A stretch of 64,000 nt of DNA, from NCBI RefSeq assembly GCF_964355755.1, contig NC_092677.1:2936101-3000100 (forward strand). Reading direction: 5' to 3'. Within the stretch, counting starts at the first letter, position 1. Each line of letters opens with the position of its first letter. Made by a program: the position numbers and the translations under genes. Of this stretch, positions 13,251 through 26,400 are shown piece by piece. The notes below the pieces were generated by a model. The model saw only the letters and a list, made by a program, of their open reading frames with translations. It searched no databases and was not told where the DNA came from. Source of the DNA: Antedon mediterranea (lineage: Eukaryota > Animalia > Echinodermata).

Positions 13251-13989
13251 TTTCTATACTTTTACATTCAAGAGAGGGGATACATTTGAATAATCCTAAA
13301 AACTAATTTCGTCACTAAAAAAAATCTTAAAATGTTTTTTTATGTAATTTGGTATTTTCGATGAGTATCGTTGCGCAATTTTGCAGAAATAGACACTTTC
13401 CCCCGTTAGGGTCAATGTGGTTTTTTTTTAATATGCTAGGGAGTATGATCACGTGTGATTTTCATGATCACACTCTGTGTGGTGACTGCTCTACTGCTGG
13501 CATCATGGCGATCTGTTCTCGTCGCGATGTTGTTTTTGACAGGTGAAAAGTATATTTAAACACTGGATGTGAGCCTATAATGTTTTCACGGTGTAAATGA
13601 TGTGATTATGAGATTGCTATTACTAAAATGTAAAATTTAATGAGATCTGAGAAAGACGTGACTATATATTCAAGAAAGCTAGGCCTACTACTACTAGGTA
13701 GGTACGTACCGATGCTGCTTGGCCCAGCCAGCCAGGCTCTGATAGCCTTACACTTTAAGCAGTTAGATTTTTTTTGGCACCTAGCCTCGGACTACCCATG
13801 ATAGGCTGCCTGAATAATTGCTTTTCAGTCAGTGCTAAGCTTCTATATCGCTTAAATATATGTGGGTAATATTATCTGTTTGTAGAGGATTTTGTGTTTA
13901 AAATTATTAATAAATAGTGCGAGAAAACACAGGAACAAAAAATTATGCGAAACGACCAAGTTTTTTTTAACCTATGAATATAGGCATAT

Positions 13990-14170
13990 GAATTCAAATT
14001 CAAATTCAAATTCAAATATTCTTTATTCATCCTCTATCATGAAAATATACAACAACAATATATGAGAACATAAAAAAGATGAAAAGGAAACACATAAAAA
14101 CTCAAAAGAGCTTGATTAGTTGTGTCCCCCTATGTCCCTAACTAGCCTAAAAAACTAAAACATAAATAAT
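13990..14170 (-). mobile_element. LINE/SINE 3' tail (L2-like)
   Basis: Minus strand has a stem-loop (ggggacaca...tgtgtttcc), then aataaa and a (tttgaa)n microsatellite tail. Confidence 0.5.
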
Positions 14171-15964
14171 AAAAAAGCTAAATCCTGCAACAAGTATAAT
14201 TTTTAAAATTATTTGTAAAATTCAAGCTTAGCTAGGTGGTGAATCAACTAGGTTGAGTAGACGGCCTAGCTTAACATTAATAAGCAAAGTTAACTAAGAT
14301 GATGATGCTGGTGTACGTGTACAGTGCAAATCATGATGTTATATACATTTTTATCAGAAATATTACTTAGGCCTTAAACAAATTGCATTAATTGTGTGTA
14401 TAACATTGATTCACTACTTTTCGACACTATAGTTTACCAAAGGGGAGAAATTAAACCAATGCGTTTACCGACGAACAAAAAAACGCAATAATCACAATAA
14501 CCCCTAAGTTTATGAAAAAGTGTAATGTATTGAAAAACACAATTATCTGACCGATTTTTTGGAAATAAGTTTTTGAAAAAATAATACCATATTTTCCCAT
14601 TTCTTTTTTTGTGTAATCACTTTTAATTAAACATACTTAAACATAATAAAGTTGAGAAAGTCTGAGTGGAGCTCCACTTTAAAGCATTTTAGCAGTGACA
14701 ACACTTCTTTGTAAAAGTTCTGTGTAAAAGTTAATATAATAGCGCCCTCATTCACGTCAACTATAAACATCGTTGATTGGTTGAATGTTTTTGTGCTTGT
14801 CACGCATTGCCTTCACAGTTGTTGCGTTTTGATTAGTAATTGTTGATTGACAACGCGTAGCGGAACGCGCTCGCATAAACGCCGCCGAATATTTTTCTTT
14901 ACCGTTTCGACGCGCTTGAAATTTTTGGCGTATATATTTTAAATTTATATTGGATTCACTGTTTGAATATACTGTAAGCGCCGTCTGAAGTAAAGAGGCT
15001 CACAAGCGGACGATATCACGGACCTTCGTTCTTCAGAAAGTAAATTTTACGCACGGAAAAACCGGTTGTGGTTTCTTACTAAACAAGATTGGTCGAGAAA
15101 TTCAGTTTTAAGTTTCTCTACATTTGTATGGTTCATAGATGATTATTGTGTTTACCCTACCAGATGTATTACAATTTCTTTACAAGCTGGAAAACGCTAA
15201 ACCACCCCAATTAAATAAATTGTACTTTTCGCCCATTTTCTTTGAGTGATGAACATGTGATTGTTGAGAATTTAGCCAGCACCAGCAGAAGCAGCAAAGT
15301 ACATACTTATTATATTGTTATGGTTGACATGAAACGTTTCATTAAAAAACACGAGGTTTATATTAAAATGAGCAAGCAAATGTCCCTATGGCCAAAAAAT
15401 GTTATCAGCAATGGTTATATAGTGCACGGGTCAAGGTGACGTGTACACTGCGCGTGATAATGTTCACAGAACCTACCGACATTGATGACGTTATTGTTTT
15501 ATGTGCTCAATAAATTATATTGTGAGCTATTTGCATCCAGGCCCTTTCTATATACTCTGCTGCCCTTTCAACCTACAAATTTCAAGCGCTACACCATCAA
15601 TGATACCATGTCCCCTGTGGTTCATAGAACCTTCGTTGTTTTTTTCCTATTTCCTGCTAATGTTCTTTTTTATTCCACTTTTTACCTAAATAAATTCAGC
15701 CAGTCATGTTGTAAATAGAAAATAAGACTGGAACTCACTCGTGGCAGATGCGCATGTGTCGAACTTTGGTTAGTCTACGCGCATAGCGAATGAACAAGCC
15801 GTTCTACACAAGCTGGGGCGGGGGGGGGGGTGTGGATGGAGCGGCCTGGTTGATGGGAGGGGGAGAAGTGGTTGGGGCGGAAGACATGACGCAAGGACGT
15901 AGTGATTTGACCAATCACACGCGATTGATTATCCGAACTGTCGATTGCCATTATTTCAACTCGC

Positions 15965-18900
15965 TTACATTGCGTCTACGTCCTTAAAGTACGTTGCGTC
16001 TACGTCTTTACATTCCGTCTACGTCCTTAAGGTACGTTGCGTCTACGTCTTTACATTGCGCCTACGTCCTTAAGGTACGTTGCGTCTACGTCTTTACATT
16101 GCGCCTACGTCCTTAAGGTACGTTGCGTCCACGTCTTTACATTGCGCCTACGTCCTTAAGGTACGTTGCGTCTACGTCTTTACATTCCGTCTACGTCCTT
16201 AAGGTACGTTGCGTCCACGTCTTTACATTGCGCCTACGTCCTTAAGGTACGTTGCGTCTACGTCTTTACATTGCGTCTACGTCCTTAAGGTACGTTGCGT
16301 CTACGTCTTTACATTGCGTCTACGTGTTTACATTGCGTCTACGTCCTTAAGGTACGTTGCGTCTACGTCTTTACATTGCGCCTACGTCCTTGAGGTACGT
16401 TGCGTCTACGTCTTTACATTGCGTCTACGTCCTTAAGGTACGTTGCGTCCACGTCTTTACATTGCGTCTACGTCCTTAAGGTACGTTGCGTCTACGTCTT
16501 TACATTGCGTCTACGTCCTTAAGGTACGTTGCGTCTACGTCTTTACATTGCGTCTACGTCCTTAAGGTACGTTGCGTCTACGTCTTTACATTGCGCCTAC
16601 GTCCTTAAGGTACGTTGCGTCTACGTCTTTACATTGCGTCTACGTCCTTAAGGTACGTTGCGTCTACGTCTTTACATTGCGTCTACGTCCTTAAGGTACG
16701 TTGCGTCTACGTCTTTACATTGCGTCTACGTCCTTAAGGTACGTTGCGTCTACGTCTTTACATTGCGCCTACGTCCTTAAGGTACGTTGCGTCTACGTCT
16801 TTACATTGCGCCTACGTCCTTGAGGTACGTTGCGTCTACGTCTTTACATTGCGTCTACGTCCTTAAGGTACGTTGCGTCTACGTCTTTACATTGCGTCTA
16901 CGTCCTTAAGGTACGTTGCGTCTACGTCTTTACATTGCGTCTACGTCCTTAAGGTACGTTGCGTCTACGTCTTTACATTGCGTCTACGTCCTTAAGGTAC
17001 GTTGCGTCCACGTCTTTACATTGCGCCTACGTCCTTAAGGTACGTTGCGTCTACGTCTTTACATTGCGCCTACGTCCTTAAGGTACGTTGCGTCTACGTC
17101 TTTACATTGCGCCTACGTCCTTAAGGTACGTTGCGTCCACGTCTTTACATTGCGCCTACGTCCTTAAGGTACGTTGCGTCTACGTCTTTACATTGCGTCT
17201 ACGTCCTTAAGGTACGTTGCGTCTACGTCTTTACATTGCGCCTACGTCCTTAAGGTACGTTGCGTCTACGTCTTTACATTGCGCCTACGTCCTTAAGGTA
17301 CGTTGCGTCTACGTCTTTACATTGCGTCTACGTCCTTAAGGTACGTTGCGTCTACGTCTTTACATTGCGTCTACGTCCTTAAGGTACGTTGCGTCTACGT
17401 CTTTACATTGCGCCTACGTCCTTAAGGTACGTTGCGTCTACGTCTTTACATTGCGTCTACGTCCTTAAGGTACGTTTCGTCCACGTCTTTACATTGCGCC
17501 TACGTCCTTAAGGTACGTTGCGTCCACGTCTTTACATTGCGCCTACGTCCTTAAGGTACGTTGCGTCTACGTCTTTACATTGCGTCTACGTCCTTAAGGT
17601 ACGTTGCGTCTACGTCTTTACATTGCGCCTACGTCCTTAAGGTACGTTGCGTCCACGTCTTTACATTGCGTCTACGTCCTTAAGGTACGTTGCGTCTACG
17701 TCTTTACATTGCGTCTACGTCCTTAAGGTACGTTGCGTCTACGTCTTTACATTGCGTCTACGTCCTTAAGGTACGTTGCGTCCACGTCTTTACATTGCGC
17801 CTACGTCCTTAAGGTACGTTGCGTCTACGTCTTTACATTGCGCCTACGTCCTTAAGGTACGTTGCGTCTACGTCTTTACATTGCGCCTACGTCCTTAAGG
17901 TACGTTGCGTCTACGTCTTTACATTGCGTCTACGTCCTTAAGGTACGTTGCGTCTACGTCTTTACATTGCGCCTACGTCCTTAAGGTACGTTGCGTCTAC
18001 GTCTTTACATTGCGTCTACGTCCTTAAGGTACGTTGCGTCTACGTCTTTACATTGCGTCTACGTCCTTAAGGTACGTTGCGTCTACGTCTTTACATTGCG
18101 TCTACGTCCTTAAGGTACGTTGCGTCTACGTCTTTACATTGCGTCTACGTCCTTAAGGTACGTTGCGTCTACGTCTTTACATTGCGCCTACGTCCTTAAG
18201 GTACGTTGCGTCTACGTCTTTACATTGCGCCTACGTCCTTGAGGTACGTTGCGTCTACGTCTTTACATTGCGCCTACGTCCTTAAGGTACGTTGCGTCTA
18301 CGTCTTTACATTGCGCCTACGTCCTTAAGGTACGTTGCGTCTACGTCTTTACATTCCGTCTACGTCCTTAAGGTACGTTGCGTCCACGTCTTTACATTGC
18401 GCCTACGTCCTTAAGGTACGTTGCGTCCACGTCTTTACATTGCGCCTACGTCCTTAAGGTACGTTGCGTCTACGTCTTTACATTCCGTCTACGTCCTTAA
18501 GGTACGTTGCGTCCACGTCTTTACATTGCGCCTACGTCCTTAAGGTACGTTGCGTCTACGTCTTTACATTGCGTCTACGTCCTTAAGGTACGTTGCGTCT
18601 ACGTCTTTACATTGCGTCTACGTCCTTAAGGTACGTTGCGTCCACGTCTTTACATTGCGCCTACGTCCTTAAGGTACGTTGCGTCTACGTCTTTACATTC
18701 CGTCTACGTCCTTAAGGTACGTTGCGTCCACGTCTTTACATTGCGCCTACGTCCTTAAGGTACGTTGCGTCCACGTCTTTACATTGCGCCTACGTCCTTA
18801 AGGTACGTTGCGTCTACGTCTTTACATTCCGTCTACGTCCTTAAGGTACGTTGCGTCCACGTCTTTACATTGCGCCTACGTCCTTAAGGTACGTTGCGTC

Positions 18901-19500
18901 TACGTCTTTACATTGCGTCTACGTCCTTAAGGTACGTTGCGTCTACGTCTTTACATTGCGTCTACGTCCTTAAGGTACGTTGCGTCTACGTCTTTACATT
19001 GCGTCTACGTCCTTAAGGTACGTTGCGTCTACGTCTTTACATTGCGTCTACGTCCTTGAGGTACGTTGCGTCTACGTCTTTACATTGCGCCTACGTCCTT
19101 GAGGTACGTTGCGTCTACGTCTTTACATTGCGTCTACGTCCTTAAGGTACGTTGCGTCTACGTCTTTACATTGCGTCTACGTCCTTAAGGTACGTTGCGT
19201 CCACGTCTTTACATTGCGTCTACGTCCTTAAGGTACGTTGCGTCTACGTCTTTACATTGCGTCTACGTCCTTGAGGTACGTTGCGTCTACGTCTTTACAT
19301 TGCGCCTACGTCCTTAAGGTACGTTGCGTCTACGTCTTTACATTGCGCCTACGTCCTTAAGGTACGTTGCGTCTACGTCTTTACATTGCGTCTACGTCCT
19401 TAAGGTACGTTGCGTCTACGTCTTTACATTGCGCCTACGTCCTTAAGGTACGTTGCGTCTACGTCTTTACATTCCGTCTACGTGTTTGCATTGCGTCTAC
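15965..19500. repeat. 43-bp satellite (gtctacgtccttaaggtacgttgc + gtctacgtctttacattgc) x~82
   Basis: Direct reading; the unit is a dimer of related 24- and 19-bp subunits with 5 CpG per unit. Confidence 0.97.
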
Positions 19501-20269
19501 GTCCCTGCGTTGCGTCTCTCGTAAACAAAGCTACTTAAGTGGCGCGTTTCGAAAACGAAAGTTGCTGTAATTGCATGTCAAACCAACATAAATATTATAC
19601 CTGTATTTTATAGCGTATTCCTTTGTGTAGGCCTCATATTATTACAAGGCACGCACGCACGCAGCTACCTGCCTGTGGCCCTCGAGCGTGAAGGATCGCC
19701 ACAATACATTTAGTATTCAAATGACAGGCGATATAATATAATAATTCTTACTCATAATTTCAGCAACCTGAGGTGTCATAAAGGATCTGACGTGTCTTAA
19801 ATCATTCGCTTTATAACCACAATGCATTGTTGCTTGCATTCGCGTCGACGGCGGAAGATAATCAGAACAAATTGTGTTACTTGATGAATTAAATTAAGTG
19901 CACTTTTTAAAAATGCTTTTCTCAGATATGACCTTGTTTTTTTCCATTTCCAGTATCAATTTTTATTTTATTCGGTTATTTACGTAACCAACAATAGAGA
20001 TTTTCTAAATAATACTTTCTCTATAAAGTACTTGCGATTTTTATACTTTATAACCATGGAGAAAATAGTTATTTCTCCATGTTATATACTATTTCACTAT
20101 CAGCCTATCTATACTGTGTCTGTAGGTAACTTATTAGTAAAAGTTTCATTTCCCAGTTTCTTCTTATTGTTTAATATTCCTAAGTTTTTGTGTTCTTAAA
20201 GGTTGTATTGCTGCATAAAAGTAAAGTAGTCAATCCAAAGAATGTATGTTAATTTTACAATTGCTTTTA

Positions 20270-20670
20270 ATCTTTAAACTCTGGAATTCTCTTCCTTTAT
20301 TTCTTAAAAAATCTCATAACTGTGCTTTATTTAAACGTCAATTAACTATTATTGGTTGAAGGTTCTTTGTAAATTCTTTTATTATTGATTCTTTTATTAT
20401 TGATATATTTGGATATTTCTTAAATAATTTATATAATCTATTTTTTACTTGTTTTTTTAGTTTTAAACATGTTAAACTTATGTGTTAGAGAAAAGATATT
20501 AGTTAAATTGTTGTTTTTTTTGGAGTTTCTAATTGTGTTATTTTATTTATATTTTATTTTTTTTGTTTTGAGGAGCCTATTCACCACAAGCTTTGCTTTC
20601 TTTTAGGCTCCTCCACTTTATATTTATATATTTGTAAATTGAAATAAATAAATGAAATGAAATGAATGAA
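20270..20670 (+). mobile_element. 3' end of a CR1/L2-group LINE
   Basis: Translates LWNSLPLFLKKSHNCALFKRQL (the typical ORF2 C-terminal WNxLP...FK motif), followed by a 3' stem-loop ggagccta...taggctcc and an aataaa(atgaa)n tail. Confidence 0.7.
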
Positions 20671-23417
20671 TCTTATGTAAATTTAAATTACCACCTGTGA
20701 AAGAAGTGCGGAAGAATTTGTAGTCGATAATTGTCGAGAATTTGTCGTGATCGTTGTAGGAAGATAACAAACATGCAATTGTAAGTTAAATCATAAATGT
20801 AAAAATACACAAGTAGCTAGCTGTGTACGCGCACAGCTACTAGCTAGATAAAGGAGTTACGATAGACTGACACACTTTCCCGTGAAACGTATGAGGGCAA
20901 GAATTATGTTACACTTACGGCCAACCATTAGGCCTATTCATATTATAATATACATTTTCCCCACAAAACGAAACATGGGGGAAATATTATGTTTTTAACG
21001 CGCCAAAATATACAACCCATAAACATCTCTATTAAGGGGTATTAGTTGGGTCTCGAAATTAAAACATTGTTTGTATCTGTATTTCCATTTTCTTCAAGTT
21101 CAGTATGTGGGCACTGTGTAGTATTCATTATTATGTGGGGCTATCTGATTTACTCGTAGTCGTAATTGCAACCCAATATCACTGTCGTACAATTTCATAT
21201 TGCCCGTAGCAATACACAAACGAGCAAATATCAGATAAAATGCTTGTTATATTTGTCATACTAATAATACTAACCTTCGCTTTGAGAGATTGCAGCTGAT
21301 TATTTACCTCTTCCCATCATCCCACTGACATTGACCCAAACGTCACAAGATCACAACTTTTGATGATGTTTATCCACAGTGCAATTGAAACATAATACAA
21401 AATGATGACGTCACGCAACCAAAATACTACCTTCCGACAACATTGACCAATCAGCGTGCGTAAAGTTTTCATCCGCGTATAGTTTGGACCAATGAGAATC
21501 AAAAAGAGATAAGATTTTGTTGTGGATGATATAGCTTGGAGGAATGTGTACACTCCTCGGGCTAAACTCTTTAGGAGCAGCGTGTGGCTGTCTACAGGGC
21601 TCCTAGTTAATTAATACAATCGTTAGCAGCATCATTAGGGTGTTATGATTGGCCTAACTTTAACTAAATCATAGAATACCAGAATGACCTGGACCTGTTC
21701 CAGGTCTACATATATCTCTAAATTGAACATTCGAATCTTGGAACATGACTATTTCTGAATCTGTAGGTTTCACTCGAAATGCACTCACTGTCAATATATT
21801 TTAATGAAACGTATGGTCTTCTTGCGTCTGAAAATTGATGACTTGCTGCAACGCTTTTTATATGTTAAGAAAGTGCATCATGTTCAAGCAGTGACGTATG
21901 CGCCTACAAAGGTTGTACGCGCGTGTGTCAAATTAACATTTCTATAGTGTTATGCTACGTTGAGACGCGCGCGTACAAGTGTGTGTTGTGGTGTCATCAA
22001 AATCAAACAATCAAATCAATTAATTCAACTTTTTAAGTTTATTAGAAAAATTTGTACCTTAACATTTATTTATACCTTCATTGCAATTTTCAAATCTGTA
22101 CAAATTAATAATATTTATAAACTTTATGAAAATATGTAATACTGGTTTAAACAGAATAATTACGCCATCACTGACATCACAACAAGACGCCAAAGAGACG
22201 CGTCGAGCTGGCCTGGAGATTATAACAAGACTATATTAATATAATAACACTCTATTATTATTACTAAACAAGATCACACAACTATAGTATGTGTGTAATA
22301 ATATGATAAGATCTGTGTTAAAATTATATTATTGTGATTAATGTGTGGGAGCCGGCCAAATACTACAACAACAAATTAGTTTGAAAATATATCATTACAA
22401 AATTAGCCCAAATTGGATATAGAAGATTTTTTTGTAATACTTTTGTGTTGTAGTTGAGTTAAATATAGAGTTACTAAAAAATAAAGCTTGAAATAGGATT
22501 ATTCATTTTTACTTTTTGACTGTTAAATGGACTTAGCTTGGTTTCCAGCGCAACGACGTACGCGCAACGCAACAAACGTGATTGGTCAAATTAATTTCAC
22601 TGTCATCGAATAGACTTAAAATTGATAAATTCTGTTCTTATAATATTTATATTTTTTTTACATTTTTCATATGGACTTTACATCAAAATATTTGAAAATT
22701 ATAAAACAGCTTTACATCGGGAACCATAATGTCTCCTTGAAAATCATAATAATTGTTGAGATTCCACGTTTAGATATCGCAATTTACTTTCTTCTACTAC
22801 GATATCTAATCCAAACGTGATAGTCGCTTGGAATCCTCTTGTCCAATCTTAATCCCTTTAATCCTTTAAATCCGTTAGCAACCAAACTCCATAATTTTGT
22901 TACTCAAACAAAATCTTTGAATTCTTTTCATAACATTTTGGAAAACAGTAGAACCAGCTACAACACTTATTAATATATTATACACAGTGAAAAATATATA
23001 TAAATAATTATAATTACAAATACATAACACATTATCTACCTTAATTTATTATGTCCATGGTAGCGTTCCATAGACAGGCGTCTTACTACTAATCGAATTA
23101 AGTAAATACTCAACGCAAGTAATTTGGCCAATCACAATCGACGGATCGGAGAAGCCGTCGCTTGTGATTGGTCAAATTACTGCGTAAGTATCCCATTTGT
23201 TTAATTTAGTTTCCCCACGTTTTAAAACATAATATCTGGTCCTAAATAAATATTCTTGTAGGAATTTTGTATCAGAATCGTTTACTTGTTTAACTTATTT
23301 TCTCCAATAAAATAATTATAGCTAGGCCTACTCATGCTAAATCCCTACATTGCAAAATGTTAACCGAATAAATAACATATATTAAAGTTTATATAACTAC
23401 ATTCATAGAAAACACAG

Positions 23418-26400
23418 TCAATGCAAAGCTTCACTGTTATGTAATGCCTTTTTTTGAACAGATATGCCGAATTCGGTTTGAGCACATACGTCATTATCAT
23501 TATCGTCTGAAGAAGTCGATATACGCGCGCGTAGGTTAGCTGCATGGAAGCCATTTTGCGCAATTGTACCATTACCATTTGATGTAGAAGAACGCAGAAC
23601 TGTATTCGAGTCATTGCACGTGCGTTTGTCGACTGGTGACGAGCCGTTGCAATGATGATAGCCGTTCGTATGTTTTTCTGGCCGAGTAATGGTACCGTTA
23701 ACTCCGTTTTTCGTCGTATGATGACCGTCCTGTTTCTCATTCTGTGTCGTGCGTAACTTTTCCATTTGGTCAATAGGTCCGTCACCTACGTATGGACTTG
23801 GGGTTCGGTACGAGCCACCAAGCCTATCCCATAACGTGAAGAACTGTCCGTAGTTGTAGTTAAAGTACAAATGGTGATCGGTGTGGTGGGCTGATCCGTT
23901 TATGTAAGGCTTTAACGAGTTTGGAACGCGATAGTCGCCGTCATGGATAATGATAGTCCATATCATTACAAACACGTACATGAAAAGGTAAACGTATTTG
24001 TGAAGTGGGAATGCAAAAGCGTAGATATGATAAGGTAGACTTTGCATAAATCCATCGAGAGGGTGGAAGGCGTAGCTGGCAAAGGGCGTGGCCACCTTGT
24101 ACAAGTGGTGTTTCTTGTGAACGTATTTGTATATCAGTCGATGGTGCATCAGTCGGTGAATCCAGTAGATTGTCGCGTCGGTGAAAATGACCAACGGAAC
24201 AAAGTCCAGTAAGGCACTATACACACCTGGCAAAGAAGATAAATATATTAGTTGATTTAATATGTTATTTATTATGTTATTCAACTATAAAGAATAATAT
24301 TTTATTACAATTATTACACGTCAATTTTTGAAAAGTTCTTTATATCTAATCTAATTTATACGAGGGTAGCGAACTCATTTGAGTGTATTTTGCTTTAACT
24401 GACGCGCCCTGGCATTTTTTCATCTCTATTTTTTAATTTTTAAAAAAATATTGTTTTGATTTTATGCTATTCAAATAAATAAACGAAACGAAACCTGCTC
24501 AATGTTTCAAAATAAATTTAGATCTTAATGGACACGATCCGATAATGATAAACGATTTCAACTTTTAACTTTGAACTATTTAAGGTCAAAGGGTTACTTT
24601 ATGAAACGTTGTTCTTTAAATTTATATGACCATTTTTATTGATATTTATGTGTATAGTTATTCATTATTGGGTACCTATTAGTTAGACCTGGGTGTTTCG
24701 TTAATTGAATTAAAAGAAATAATCGAACATTCCTCGCCTTTTAAGTAATAGACTTAGAGAATTCGAAAAAAAAAGTTGGGGGCATTTTAGTCAAGGCGAT
24801 GGGACTCGGACTAAGCAGGAGGTTAAGCCTAGTTTACATGTTTTATAATTGTTTTAACCATCGGTCTGCACAAAGAGTGGGTAGCAGCACCTCGTTGGTG
24901 CAACTGTGGTCGAATAGTAACGGTGGTAGATAGGATGCGTTCACACATAAAAAAGATGTGCTCAACCGAGTTCTTACTGTTGCGTTTACATAATGTTGCT
25001 TTAACACTCTTACCATATTTAAACGATGTGGTGTCGTCATAAAGTTTACTGTGACCTCTGACTTCTAATAAGAAAATTGAACATGTCGGAAGACTGATGC
25101 ACGGCAGAGACCAAAACGAGAGCAGTATTTCATCTTGAATTTGATTCTAGTGAGAAAAAAAAAAAGAGAAAAAGAATGAAAGTATTATTTTTTTTGTTTT
25201 ATTCTTTGTTTTACATACTGTAGTTTTGCTTTTTTTTATATTTTATTTATAAGTACATATTTAGTATTTCTATGAATGTAAGTCAATTTTTGTAGACGAT
25301 AATTATAAGACATTTAATTTAATTCTGAAATAATCTATGTGCATCAAATGGCAATCCCAACACCACTGTGTGGTCTTATACTAAGCCTCGGTGCTGCACG
25401 ATGAAGTTTAGAGTGCGCCATCTATAGCAAAGCTGTTGCAGCAACGAAATGGAAATACTGTAAATTCATTTTCAGTTTTCACCTTTAATCGTAACTAAGC
25501 ATAATAAACGCGAACTATTTAATTCTACGACACTCTCAACATTCTCCAAAGTACAACTGTGGGTGAAACTATCATGTTAGAACTCATGCAAAGTTGTTGT
25601 AAGCCGGCAACAAGCCGTGTTCTTCGCTAGTTTTCTAGCTCTACCACACAGGTGGAGAGAGCGTCAGCTGCCTAGAACAAACAAGCTACCTTGTATGAAA
25701 ACAAAAAGAATCAATATCCCTAGGTTTGAGTTAAAAGTTGACGCAATTTCTTCCGAGAACGTTTTCTCCGGAGAAAAATAGAATTTGCAAACGCTGCTGC
25801 CGCCTCCTCCCATCATCGACTAGCTTCTACTGATAGTTTTTGTGACCGTTATTAGATTGGCCTGTGGCACCGAAGGGAATACAACTACTAGTATATTTGA
25901 TTGAAAACCGGAAGAACCGAGTCAAATATATGTTAAACGAGCACTGTCATGCTATAGTAATTATATTTATGAACTAGATGTCAAATATTGATTCATATAA
26001 TTTTTAACCCATTTATGCGTGATACCCATTAACGGTATAAAACAGCCATTCGGTTGTTTCTAAATAAGTTACTACAATCGTTTCGTTTTCTTTCACTCTG
26101 TGATGTAGGTCTATTTAAGTAATCTTAAGTTCAATTTTAATAGTATTTTATGAATAATTTGTTTGTTCACTCCATCAGTAGAACCACAATAGTTCATAGC
26201 ACGCCTCGGGATAGACACACCTCTACAACGCCGTTGTTACTAATTATCAATCATTCAGCTACTTTGCGACATTGCTTTCTAGCGGTTTCTTTCCGAATTG
26301 CAGCCACCCAGATAACACGAGCGAAGACATTTGTTTGGAACTTGAATTGAACAATAAAAACGATTGGATAATGAACAATTTGAGGGATATCAGACCCAAG

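Larger units (their letters stand above)
12421..14678. mobile_element. Possible Kolobok-like non-autonomous element containing the 19-bp satellite and a nested LINE tail
   Basis: Right end gagtggagctccact|ttaa; left end tcaa|ttggagctccaccc is a degenerate inverted copy. A TTAA flank with an AG..CT terminus fits Kolobok. Confidence 0.4.

Noticed and set aside
15965-19500. CRISPR-like array
   Set aside because: Units are head-to-tail with no unique spacers, there are no cas genes, and the context is eukaryotic.
21400-21500. Orphan promoter (TGACGTCA plus CCAAT boxes)
   Set aside because: No adjacent exon is identifiable, and such motifs are common in this genome's repeats.
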